From an uncultured bacterium (GTDB lineage Bacteria; Omnitrophota; Omnitrophia; Omnitrophales; Aquincolibacteriaceae), in assembly GCA_964349955.1 (NCBI GenBank), contig CAYGIT010000003.1:1-35881 (forward strand): a stretch of DNA of 35,881 bases, in the 5' to 3' direction. Both the position numbers and the translations under genes were made by a program. Shown piece after piece: positions 8,111 to 16,712 of this stretch. Each line of letters begins with the position of its first letter. The first letter of the stretch is position 1. The notes below the pieces were generated by a model. That model searched no databases. It was not told the DNA's origin and saw only the letters and a list, made by a program, of their open reading frames with translations.

Positions 8111-9723
8111 GCGTAGAGCGCCAGCCTCTTGCTCTTTTGTTCGTCGCTGGCCAGGTATTCGTCAAAGGTGGTATCCCGCGCGTCAATCATGCCGCGGGGT
8201 GTAAGTTCAATAATACGGTTGGCAACGGTCTGCACAAATTGATGATCATGGGAAGAAAAGAGAACCGTCCCTTCAAAGATTTCCAGGCCTTTGTTCAGCG
8301 CCGTGATGGATTCCAGATCCAGATGGTTGGTGGGCTCATCCAGAATCAAAACATTGGCCCCGACGAGCATCATGCGCGAAAGCATGCAGCGCACGCGCTC
8401 TCCTCCGGAAAGGACTCTTGATTTTTTCAATGATTCTTCGCCGGAAAAAAGCATTCTCCCCAAAAATCCACGGATAAAATTCTCATCCGTCTCTTTCGAA
8501 AACTGGCGCAGCCAATCCAGCAAATTCAGGTCGTTCTCGAAATATTTCCGGTTTTCTTTCGGGAAATAAGCCCGTGAAGTGGAAACGCCCCATTTGAAGG
8601 TGCCGCTGTCGGGCATAAGCTCTCCCATCAGCACCTGGAACAATGCGGTTTTGACCCGGTCATTGGACCCGACAAAAGCAATTTTATCCCCTTTGTTGAC
8701 GCGTAAATTTAATTTTCGAAAGAGAGTTTCTCCGTCAAGTGACATGCTCAAGTCTTCGGTCTGAAGCAAATCATTGCCCGATTCGCGTTCGGATTTAAAA
8801 ACGATATGCGGATAACGGCGCGAGGAAGGCTTGATGTCTTCAAGGGTTAATTTTTCTAAAAGTTTTTTACGCGAAGTGGCCTGCCGTGATTTCGAGGCAT
8901 TAGCGCTGAAACGGGCGATGAAAGCCTGAAGCTCTTTGCGCTTTTCATCGATCTTTTTATTGGATTCCGAGCGCTGGCGAAGGGCGAGCTGGCTGGATTC
9001 GTACCAAAAACTGTAATTGCCGGTATAAAGCTGGATCTTCCCGAAATCAATGTCGGCGACATGCGTGCAAACGCGGTCCAAAAAATGGCGGTCATGCGAA
9101 ACCACGATCGCCGTGTTTTTGAAATCATATAAAAAATCCTCGAGCCACATGCAGGTTTCCAGGTCCAATTGATTGGTGGGTTCATCCAGAAGCAGGATAT
9201 CCGGATTTCCGAACAGGGCCTGAGCAAGAAGCACCCGGACTTTCTGGCTGGCTTCAAGCTGTTTCATGAAAGCCTGGTGGAAATTTTCCTGGATTCCAAG
9301 GTCGCTCAAGAGTTTGGCCGCCTCGGCTTCGGCATTCCAGCCATTCATTTCCGCAAATTCATTTTCAAGCTCGGAAGCGCGGATCCCGTCGGCATCTGAA
9401 AAATCCGGCTTCGCATAAATGGCGTCTTTTTCCCGGATGATCTGGTAGAGCTTTTGATGCCCCATCATGACGGTCGTCAGCACCGTGAGCTCATCGTAGG
9501 CAAACTGGTCCTGCTTCAGCACCGAAATACGCGCGTTTCTCCCAATGCTTACTTCTCCCGCATTGGAATCAATTTCTCCGGAAAGGATTTTCAGAAAAGT
9601 GGATTTGCCCGAACCGTTCGCCCCGATCAGCCCATAGCAATTCCCGGGCGTGAACATGATGCTCACGTTTTCAAATAAAACCCGTTTTCCGTACTGGAGT
9701 GTGACACCGCTTGTGGAAATCAT
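8107..9723 (-). CDS. ybiT: ABC-F family ATPase (YbiT-like, two ABC cassettes, no transmembrane domain)
   Basis: This 538-aa ORF has two Walker A sites (GANGSGKST, GSNDRVKTA), two LSGG signatures, the linker FSANASKSRQATSRKK, and a length and layout like YbiT. Confidence 0.88.
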   Translation of the reverse strand: MISTSGVTLQYGKRVLFENVSIMFTPGNCYGLIGANGSGKSTFLKILSGEIDSNAGEVSIGRNARISVLKQDQFAYDELTVLTTVMMGHQKLYQIIREKDAIYAKPDFSDADGIRASELENEFAEMNGWNAEAEAAKLLSDLGIQENFHQAFMKQLEASQKVRVLLAQALFGNPDILLLDEPTNQLDLETCMWLEDFLYDFKNTAIVVSHDRHFLDRVCTHVADIDFGKIQLYTGNYSFWYESSQLALRQRSESNKKIDEKRKELQAFIARFSANASKSRQATSRKKLLEKLTLEDIKPSSRRYPHIVFKSERESGNDLLQTEDLSMSLDGETLFRKLNLRVNKGDKIAFVGSNDRVKTALFQVLMGELMPDSGTFKWGVSTSRAYFPKENRKYFENDLNLLDWLRQFSKETDENFIRGFLGRMLFSGEESLKKSRVLSGGERVRCMLSRMMLVGANVLILDEPTNHLDLESITALNKGLEIFEGTVLFSSHDHQFVQTVANRIIELTPRGMIDARDTTFDEYLASDEQKSKRLALYA

Positions 9724-9732
9724 AAGCCGCGC

Positions 9733-9760
9733 ATTATACCCGACGGAAGCCCAAAAGCAA
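9733..9760 (-). promoter_or_regulatory. Candidate promoter TTGCTT-N16-TATAAT ending 9 nt before the ABC-F ATG (possible leaderless or near-leaderless mRNA)
   Basis: On the minus strand, ttgctt (9760-9755) is followed by a 16-nt spacer and then tataat (9738-9733). The ATG is at 9723 and no Shine-Dalgarno sequence lies between. Confidence 0.35.
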
Positions 9761-9777
9761 AATTTTCTGGACTGCGC

Positions 9778-10261
9778 GCCGGCAAGGAGGGAAGCTTCTC
9801 CTGCGGCACCGCCCGATTCTCGGTTCGGCTTTTCGGGTCCTGTCCGGCGGGTTCCCCAGGGTGAGTCAAAAACTTTTTTCCCTGATGCAAGCCCTTAGAG
9901 TGAGAATCCCGAAGGGAAGTCTCGCCATGGGGCTCAAACGGCCTTTTGAAGTCCGGCATCCGTGGAAGGGGAAAAAAGTTTTTGCCTCACCCCGGGGATG
10001 CCCCTCCGCCGGCCACCCGAAAACTCGACTCGATCCTCCGAAAACAGTCAGAGAAAAAACTGTCTTTGCCTCTGACCCGTTTTCTTTGTTCAAGCCCTTG
10101 GGCCGAGGCCGGCAAGGAGGGAAGCTTCTCCGGAGGCAGCTCGTGAGGCGTGTTTTCTATGGAATCGAAAACACGCACGAACGCGCAGAGAGGAGCATAC
10201 AACCCGATATCAGATTTATGCTCCGAACGGTGCCGCAGGAGAAGCTTCCCTCCTTGTCGGC
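9778..10261. repeat. Composite repeat island with 34-nt terminal inverted repeats, an internal direct copy and nested 24-26-nt inverted repeats
   Basis: The segment gccggcaaggagggaagcttctcctgcggcaccg at 9778-9811 matches the reverse complement of 10228-10261 with 1 mismatch. A 24-nt direct copy lies at 10108-10131. The segment gggtgagtcaaaaacttttttccc at 9859-9882 matches the reverse complement of 9968-9993, with a related copy at 10049-10077. Extra stems lie at 10150-10176 and 10191-10224. Confidence 0.8.
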
Positions 10262-10292
10262 ACGGGCACGACCCGTAGTTATGAATGGAGAG

Positions 10293-10323
10293 AAAGGCCG
10301 GACTTTTTCAGAGCCCGGCCTTT
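10293..10323 (-). terminator. Possible hairpin terminator after the DUF378 gene
   Basis: The stem aaaggccgg (10293-10301) pairs with ccggccttt (10315-10323) around a 13-nt loop. There is no clean U-tract beyond the stem. Confidence 0.35.
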
Positions 10324-10329
10324 AGAGGC

Positions 10330-10548
10330 TTAATTTTTCTTGCAGCAACACGGGCATGACTTGACGATCGAGATCAACAGGATCAATCCCGACACTGCTA
10401 CCAGCCCGTAAACGGCTTTGGCCGGAAGGGTCATATCGCCCAAAATCCTGGTCACTAAATTCACCTGAAGAAACGCGACAAGCCCCCAATTCAGGGCCCC
10501 AATACCGGCAAGCAGCGTCACCAATTTGCAAACAGGACATTTTCCCAT
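10330..10548 (-). CDS. DUF378-family small membrane protein with Cys-rich termini
   Basis: This 72-aa ORF has the core IGALNWGLVAF...NLV typical of DUF378, two predicted TM helices, an N-terminal CPVC and a C-terminal CPCCC. AAGGAGG lies upstream of the ATG. Confidence 0.75.
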   Translation of the reverse strand: MGKCPVCKLVTLLAGIGALNWGLVAFLQVNLVTRILGDMTLPAKAVYGLVAVSGLILLISIVKSCPCCCKKN

Positions 10549-10668
10549 GGTTGAGCCTCCTTGTGTATGGAATTTTACCTTTTATGATTATCGGCAATCT
10601 CATGCCAAGCCTGACAAAAATCTTTGAAACCTGACTCCAAATCAGCACAAAAATGCCGATAAAGGAAT

Positions 10669-11448
10669 ATGCCATTTTTAACTTCATTAGGCGTGTTGTT
10701 ATTCATTGCCCTGATTGCCCGGTCCGTCTGGATTCCGGCTTCCGGGCGGGAGAAAATCACCGGGGCTCTTTTCTTTGCCTTGTATTGCGATATCGCGTTG
10801 ACTCTTTACTTGTGGATTCGCGCACCGAAAGAAATTCTAGTCATCGGTTACGTTCTTTTCGGCGCCGGAGCTTTCTGGTTTACGGCCGAAACCCTGGGGT
10901 ATTTCCTTAAAAAAACCAATTTCTTGCCGGAAAATTTAAATCTCCTGAAAAAATACCGCAAAGGAGCCTATCAGGAAATCATGCTTGCCTGCCAGCAGCT
11001 TGCGGAAGCAAAACAAGGCGCATTGATGATTCTCGAGCGCAAACAGCCGTTAAGCGCCTGGTGCCAAAAAGGAATTTGTCTCGACGCCATCATTTCCAAA
11101 GAATTGATCTATTCAATTTTCACTCCACCGGGCGCGCCGCATGACGGCGCCGTTATTTTTCAAAAAGAGCGGATCGCCGCCTGTGCCGTGATCGTTCCCC
11201 TCACTTCCAACAGCCGGCTGCCCAAGGAACTCGGCACCCGTCATCGCGCGGCCGTGGGATTCAGCGAAATCACCGATAGCATATGCGTCGTCGTTTCCGA
11301 AGAAACCGGCAGCATTTCCATCGCCGACCGGGGAGTCCTGAATTACAATATTCCTTTTGCCCAATTGCCCGAGGCTTTGGAAAGGGCGCTTCGCTTCAAA
11401 CGCCAAAAGAGAAAAACAGCTTCTCCCGCATTCGCCAACTCCCTCTGA
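10669..11448 (+). CDS. cdaA: Diadenylate cyclase CdaA (membrane-anchored DAC domain)
   Basis: This 259-aa ORF has N-terminal hydrophobic helices followed by DAC motifs: HDGAVIF, GTRHRAAVG and VVVSEETGSISIA. Confidence 0.9.
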   Translation: MPFLTSLGVLLFIALIARSVWIPASGREKITGALFFALYCDIALTLYLWIRAPKEILVIGYVLFGAGAFWFTAETLGYFLKKTNFLPENLNLLKKYRKGAYQEIMLACQQLAEAKQGALMILERKQPLSAWCQKGICLDAIISKELIYSIFTPPGAPHDGAVIFQKERIAACAVIVPLTSNSRLPKELGTRHRAAVGFSEITDSICVVVSEETGSISIADRGVLNYNIPFAQLPEALERALRFKRQKRKTASPAFANSL

Positions 11449-11450
11449 AG

Positions 11451-12218
11451 ATGAATCCTTTTCTGCCTTTGTATTTTTTCTTTGCCGAAATTGGTGATCT
11501 TACCCGTTTTATCGGCAGCGCGGTGGCTTCGGTTTTTCTGCCGCCCTACCGCAAATCCATTGCCCGGCGCCAAATGGATGAAATCGGTGTCGGTTCCCTG
11601 CCGATCGTCACTCTCACCGGCCTTTTTATGGGGCTGGTGCTCGCGCTGCAAAGCATTGTCGAACTCCGCAGCATCGGGGCGACTTCGTATATCGGCCGCC
11701 CGATTGGCACCACCGTCATCCGGGAATTAGGCCCGGTGCTTTCTTCCATTATGGTAGCCGCGCGAGCCGGCTCCGCGATTGCCGCCGAACTGGCGTCCAT
11801 GACTATCAATGAACAAATCGATGCCCTGCGTGCCGAAGGCGCCGACCCGGTCAAAAAACTGGTGGAGCCGCGCTTGATTGCCTGCACCCTGATGATGCCG
11901 GTGCTTACCACGTTATGCGACCTGGTGGCCTTTGTCGGCGGATGGCTCGTGGCTGTGAATGTCGTGCAGGTCAGCTCTTCCTTTTATTGGGATTCCGTGC
12001 TCGAAGTTTTGACCCCCGCATTTATTTGGGGCGGGCTGATCAAATCCACGGCTTTTGGTTTTGTCATCGGCACCGTGTCCTGCCATGCGGGCATGAAACA
12101 CCGGCTTGGGTCTTCCGGGGTCGGCGAAGCCACTACCCAGGCCGTGGTGATTTCCTCCATTTCGATTCTCATGCTGGATTTTGTTCTCACAAAAATTTTC
12201 ATCATGACCTGGTGGTGA
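11451..12218 (+). CDS. mlaE: Mla-type ABC transporter permease (MlaE/YrbE family)
   Basis: The sequence reads ELGPVLSSIMVAARAGSAIAAELASMTINEQIDALRAEGADP. I chose ATG at 11451 (MNPFLPLYFF), 2 nt after the cdaA stop. The track ORF start at 11283 overlaps cdaA and is rejected. Confidence 0.88.
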   Translation: MNPFLPLYFFFAEIGDLTRFIGSAVASVFLPPYRKSIARRQMDEIGVGSLPIVTLTGLFMGLVLALQSIVELRSIGATSYIGRPIGTTVIRELGPVLSSIMVAARAGSAIAAELASMTINEQIDALRAEGADPVKKLVEPRLIACTLMMPVLTTLCDLVAFVGGWLVAVNVVQVSSSFYWDSVLEVLTPAFIWGGLIKSTAFGFVIGTVSCHAGMKHRLGSSGVGEATTQAVVISSISILMLDFVLTKIFIMTWW

Positions 12219-12227
12219 GCAAAATCC

Positions 12228-12980
12228 ATGCTAAGACTTGAAAACGTAAGCCTTGACTACGGCAGCCGGGAAATCATCCGTGATGCCAATCTTCACGCAA
12301 AAGCCGGAGAAACAAAAGTCATCCTGGGGCCGAGCGGAGTCGGGAAAAGTACCATCCTCAAGGCTTTCCTCGGACTTTTAAAACCGCGGCATGGAAAAAT
12401 TCATATCCGGAACCGTGAAATTTCCCGTCTCCCGGAAAGAGAGCTGGTGAAATTGAGGCTCGGCATGTCGATGGTTTTTCAGCACGGCGCTTTATTTGAT
12501 TCCATGACCGTTGCCGAAAATGTGAGTTTTCGCCTCCGGGAATTCGGATTGGAATCACGCGAAAAAATTCAGAAGCGCGTGCATGAAGTGCTTCACTTTG
12601 TGGGGCTCGCCCATACGAAACATCTGCGTCCGGCCGAGCTTTCGGGCGGCATGCGCAAGCGCGTGGCCATTGCCCGCGCGCTGGCCCCGGACCCGGACAT
12701 TTTTCTTTTCGATGAGCCGACCGTCGGCCTGGACCCCGTGAATCACTACAACATTGAGCAGTTAATGCTGAAGCTGAAGCATGAAAAAAAGCGCACTTTG
12801 GTCATCGTCACCCATGACGTGGAAAGCGCCTGCCGTCTCGCGGATTCGATTGTCATGGTTCATGAAGGACGGTTTATTTTCGAAGGCACTCCTCAACAAC
12901 TCAAAACCCAGACAGACCCCCGCATCCGGGCATTTTTGGATCCCGCTTCGTTTGCGGCGTCTGCGACAAAAAAGGAATAA
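12228..12980 (+). CDS. mlaF: Mla-type ABC transporter ATP-binding protein
   Basis: This 250-aa ORF has Walker A GPSGVGKST, the signature LSGGMRKRVAIARAL and Walker B IFLFDEP. Confidence 0.88.
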   Translation: MLRLENVSLDYGSREIIRDANLHAKAGETKVILGPSGVGKSTILKAFLGLLKPRHGKIHIRNREISRLPERELVKLRLGMSMVFQHGALFDSMTVAENVSFRLREFGLESREKIQKRVHEVLHFVGLAHTKHLRPAELSGGMRKRVAIARALAPDPDIFLFDEPTVGLDPVNHYNIEQLMLKLKHEKKRTLVIVTHDVESACRLADSIVMVHEGRFIFEGTPQQLKTQTDPRIRAFLDPASFAASATKKE

Positions 12981-12983
12981 ACC

Positions 12984-13625
12984 ATGGCTGCTGAACAGGT
13001 AAAAACACAAAGCGATTTCCGGGTCGGGCTTCTGACCGTTTTGGCCCTTTGCATTGTAGCGGCCGGCATCACACTCGCCGGCGGAGACAAGGGGCTGCTC
13101 TTTGAAAAAACCAGCTTGGTACGCGCCCGGCTTTCGAATATCGGCGGGCTCAAAAAAGGCTCAGGGGTCACGATGGGCGGCATGATGATCGGAAAAGTAC
13201 AGGATATTTCATTCGTGAAGAATACGGTCCCCCATTGCATCGAAGTCAAGATGTCGGTCAGCGAGAAAATGCGTGTGAATATCAAGGCAAATTCCATGCC
13301 CCTCATTAAAACCCAGGGAATGCTCGGCGATCGCTACATTGAAATCAGCGCCGGAGATCCCGCCGCGCCGGCGCTCCCTGAAGATGGAATCCTCATCGGA
13401 CAATCGGCAACGGACTTCGACGAAGCTCTTCAAAAAGCGAATACAACCCTCACGGAGACCAGCAAATTGCTCGGCGCCATCAACCAGCAGGAAGGAACCG
13501 TGGGTCAATTGTTTTATGACAAGGAATTTTATACGAGGATTACCGAGATTGAAGCCGAAGTGCATGAACTGATCAAGGACTTCAAAAAGCAGCCCCGCAA
13601 ATACATCAAGTTTTCGGTCTTTTGA
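12984..13625 (+). CDS. mlaD: MCE-domain protein (MlaD family substrate-binding component)
   Basis: This 213-aa ORF has an N-terminal TM anchor (LLTVLALCIVAAGITLA), an MCE-like region (GLKKGSGVTMGGMMIGKV) and a helical tail. Confidence 0.8.
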   Translation: MAAEQVKTQSDFRVGLLTVLALCIVAAGITLAGGDKGLLFEKTSLVRARLSNIGGLKKGSGVTMGGMMIGKVQDISFVKNTVPHCIEVKMSVSEKMRVNIKANSMPLIKTQGMLGDRYIEISAGDPAAPALPEDGILIGQSATDFDEALQKANTTLTETSKLLGAINQQEGTVGQLFYDKEFYTRITEIEAEVHELIKDFKKQPRKYIKFSVF

Positions 13626-13636
13626 TCAAGCCACTT

Positions 13637-15025
13637 TTAATGCTTACCGGGCATCAGCGGAATCTGGAGATGAATTAAAAGAAGCGCAACCGTAAGCGTA
13701 ATGATCGAGACAATAAACCCCGGCTTCATCCATTCCATGAACTTGATGCTTTTGCCGAACTCCTTTTCAAGCATCCCCATCGCAACAATATTGGCCGTGC
13801 TGCCGATCACAGTCAAATTTCCGAACAGCGTGCCGCCAAAAAGCATTCCCCACCAGAACGGAAAATCGTAGACGCCCCCTTTTTTAAGTTCCAGTAAAAT
13901 CGGGATGAAGGTGGCGACGGCCAGCACATTGTCCATAAATCCCGTCAAAAGGCTTATGGCGCCCGTAAAAACAATCAAAAGAAGGGTCGGGTTATGATTT
14001 CCGATCGCCAGCATCCCTTCAGCGATTCTTTGTGTAACCCCCACATAAGACAGCGTTCCCACCGAAGCGAAAAGGGACATAAAAAAGGAAAGTGTCCACC
14101 AATCCACGCGACGCATAAAAAAATCCCGTGCGTCCGCCCGGCTTAACAAAATGACAATGGAGCCCGCTGCCAGTGAAACCCCAAGAAGAAGGGAATTTTT
14201 CTGGAGGCCAAACAGTTTCTCCACATAGGCATGCAGGACAAGTCCCAGCACCGTGCCCATAAACAACAGCCAGCAGAGCCGGATATCCGATTTTGTATGC
14301 TTGATATGAGCCGCTTCATGAATTTCTTTTTTCTCGGCTTTCATCTTTTCACCCAGCTCACGAATGCTTGTCCTGAACAGCAAAAAGCAAAGAGGGATGG
14401 TGATCGCCAGCGTGAGCAAAGAAATGGGGGTAGCCCAGCGTAAAAAATCCGCAAAGGTCAGATGCGCGCGCATGGCAATCATGACACCGATCGGATTTCC
14501 GACCGCCGTCGCGCTGCTTCCGATATTGGTGGTGAAGACAAGCATCAAAAGAAACGGAACCGGGTTTACTTTATAGCGTTTGGCCAGATGGAACATGGTG
14601 GACATCATGAAAAGAATCGAGGTGACTTCATCCACAAGGGCTGCAAAAAGTGTCGCCAGTGCCATCAGCACCCCCATCAACAGATAAGCATGATGGCCGA
14701 TCGCATCCACAACTTTGGCAATCAGGTATTCAAAAAAGTGTTTTTCCTCGAGAAATCCGATCAAGGCCATCATCCCCACAAGAAAAAGAATGATATCCAG
14801 GCCGGCAAATTCAATCATATGGGGAATATCGATCAGGTTCGTCGCAAGGAGAAGCGCGAGCCCGCCAAAGGCAAAGGTGAGGCGGAAAGGCCAATAAAAG
14901 AGAGTTCCGCAAATCACGATAAGAAAAGCCAGCGTCGCGATGATCTGCTTTGCGGAAAATTGAAAAAAATAAAGGAGAATGCCGACCCCGGCAAGAATTC
15001 CAATAATGGTGAGGACTTTTTTCAC
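13637..15025 (-). CDS. ArsB/NhaD-superfamily (citrate-transporter-like) anion permease
   Basis: This 462-aa polytopic membrane protein has a central hydrophilic loop and repeated motifs (NIGSSATAVGNPIG and LTVIGSTANIV) typical of this permease superfamily. Confidence 0.6.
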   Translation of the reverse strand: MKKVLTIIGILAGVGILLYFFQFSAKQIIATLAFLIVICGTLFYWPFRLTFAFGGLALLLATNLIDIPHMIEFAGLDIILFLVGMMALIGFLEEKHFFEYLIAKVVDAIGHHAYLLMGVLMALATLFAALVDEVTSILFMMSTMFHLAKRYKVNPVPFLLMLVFTTNIGSSATAVGNPIGVMIAMRAHLTFADFLRWATPISLLTLAITIPLCFLLFRTSIRELGEKMKAEKKEIHEAAHIKHTKSDIRLCWLLFMGTVLGLVLHAYVEKLFGLQKNSLLLGVSLAAGSIVILLSRADARDFFMRRVDWWTLSFFMSLFASVGTLSYVGVTQRIAEGMLAIGNHNPTLLLIVFTGAISLLTGFMDNVLAVATFIPILLELKKGGVYDFPFWWGMLFGGTLFGNLTVIGSTANIVAMGMLEKEFGKSIKFMEWMKPGFIVSIITLTVALLLIHLQIPLMPGKH

Positions 15026-15041
15026 GACACAGCCACCTTTC

Positions 15042-15596
15042 TTACAATTTCTTCCATTTGATTGAACAGCCCATGGAGGGCTGCTGTTTTCCGGAGGGTT
15101 TGTTTCCTTTTAAAATGGCATCCAGCGCTTCGGCCAGTTCATGCCGTGTCACTTTTGACGGAGACTGCCAGTTATCATCAATCCGGCCGTGATAGGCCAG
15201 TGCGCGGTTCTGGTCAAAAACGTAAATATCGGGCGTGCAAACCGCCCCGTAGGCCCGGGCCACATCCTGGGTTTCATCCACGAGGTACGGAAACCCGTAT
15301 TTTTTTTCTTTCCAGCGTTTCTTCAAATTTTCCGGAGAATCCTCCGCATACTCCGTGGAATCATTGGAGCAGAGTGCAATAAACTGGACCCCTTTGGGGG
15401 CATAATCGCGGTGCAGTTGAAGAATCCTCTCTTCCACCGCCTGGACATAGGGACAATGGCTGCAAATAAAAAGAATGACAAGGGCTTTATTCTCTTGAAA
15501 ATCACGGAGAGAATAATTTTTCCCATCCACTGCGGGAAGAGAAAAAGCCGGAGCAGGCGTTCCCAGTTCTATTTTTTCGGAATGAAGCAGCACCAT
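15042..15596 (-). CDS. Thioredoxin-fold protein (AhpC/TSA-redoxin-like, CxxC)
   Basis: This 184-aa ORF reads PAPAFSLPAVDGKNYSL...ALVILFICSHCPYV and has no signal peptide. Confidence 0.75.
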   Translation of the reverse strand: MVLLHSEKIELGTPAPAFSLPAVDGKNYSLRDFQENKALVILFICSHCPYVQAVEERILQLHRDYAPKGVQFIALCSNDSTEYAEDSPENLKKRWKEKKYGFPYLVDETQDVARAYGAVCTPDIYVFDQNRALAYHGRIDDNWQSPSKVTRHELAEALDAILKGNKPSGKQQPSMGCSIKWKKL

Positions 15597-15647
15597 GCGC
15601 GTAATCTACCGATTTTAAGCCCGCGAGGCAAATAAAATATTAAGAGC

Positions 15648-16712
15648 CTAAATGGAGTAATCTTGCGGGAAGAATTTCAATTCTTTGGCGGTCACAAACA
15701 CTTCGTCGTCTTTTTTGACTCCAAGGGACTGATACTTTTCCTGCGGCAATTCGACGAGCACGGTTTCTCCGGCATCATTGACCAATTCTACGCGCACTAG
15801 CGGGCCGGCCGCGTTGATCAATTTGATTTTCGCCCTAAAAGCATTGGCCGAAGAGGTCTTTTGAATGTCCAGCAAATGCGGGCGGATGTAAACTTTGGTT
15901 TGCCTGGAGTCCGCATCAAAGTTCTTTTCCAAGGAAAGAGGCGTATCGGCAATGTAGGCCTTGCCGTCCTGAAGCCGCGCATGAAAAAGATTCACATTGC
16001 CGAGAAAATTGCACACAAAAGGATTGGCAGGATTGTGATAGACCTCGTCCGGCGTTCCGATTTGCTCGATCCGGCCTTCATTCATCACCACGACCCGGTC
16101 CGCCACTTCAAGCGCCTCTTCCTGATCATGCGTGACGAAAACACTGGTCATATGCAATTGGTCGTGAAGATCGCGCAGCCACTGGCGAAGCTCTTTTCGT
16201 ACTTTTGCGTCGAGCGCGCCGAAGGGTTCGTCCAGGAGAAGCATTTTGGGTTCGATTGCCAAGGCACGGGCGAGAGCCACTCGCTGGCGCTGCCCGCCGG
16301 AAAGTTGGGAAGGATAACGCTGGGCCATCCCATCCAGGCGCACAAGCTTCAGAAGTTTTAAAATTTTTCTTTGAATTTCACGCTCTTCCGGGCGATTTTT
16401 TTTTGGGCGCACGCGCAATCCAAAGGCAACATTTTCGAATACCGTCATGTGACGGAACAAAGCATAATGTTGAAACACAAACCCGACCTGCCGTTCTTTG
16501 ATTTTTTGGCCTGAAAGATTGTCGCCGTGAAAAAGAACGGAGCCGGTATCGGCAAATTCAAGGCCGGCAATGATCCTCAAAAGCGTAGTCTTTCCCGAAC
16601 CCGATGGCCCTAAAAGCGCCACCAGCTCGCCGCTTTCGATTTTTAAATTGATTTTGTCCAAAGCCGTGAAGCCATTGAACGTTTTGACAATCCCCTGAAT
16701 TTCAATGCTCAT
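15648..16712 (-). CDS. cysA: Sulfate/thiosulfate ABC transporter ATP-binding protein
   Basis: The ORF has Walker [25 protein letters not shown] and a CysA-type C-terminal TOBE-like domain. ATG 16712 forms an ATGA overlap with the cysW stop and has AAGGA upstream. The track start is 16727. Confidence 0.9.
   Translation of the reverse strand: MSIEIQGIVKTFNGFTALDKINLKIESGELVALLGPSGSGKTTLLRIIAGLEFADTGSVLFHGDNLSGQKIKERQVGFVFQHYALFRHMTVFENVAFGLRVRPKKNRPEEREIQRKILKLLKLVRLDGMAQRYPSQLSGGQRQRVALARALAIEPKMLLLDEPFGALDAKVRKELRQWLRDLHDQLHMTSVFVTHDQEEALEVADRVVVMNEGRIEQIGTPDEVYHNPANPFVCNFLGNVNLFHARLQDGKAYIADTPLSLEKNFDADSRQTKVYIRPHLLDIQKTSSANAFRAKIKLINAAGPLVRVELVNDAGETVLVELPQEKYQSLGVKKDDEVFVTAKELKFFPQDYSI

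Noticed and set aside
9724-10325. The possibility that the repeat island encodes RNase P RNA, tmRNA, SRP RNA or 6S RNA.
   Set aside because: On neither strand could I find the conserved signatures. These would be GAGGAAAGUCC-type P4 sequence, a tag ORF with a tRNA-like 3' end, or the SRP domain IV GGAA/AGCA motif. The region is left as an unexplained structured or repeat region and needs an Infernal scan.
11283-11450. The N-terminal extension of the mlaE track ORF that overlaps cdaA. Similar extensions occur at 21476-21607 (DUF971 ORF) and 28308-28406 (csp ORF).
   Set aside because: The extensions overlap the preceding genes or the 5' UTR and look non-protein-like (Arg/Pro-rich). Internal ATGs give products of canonical length.
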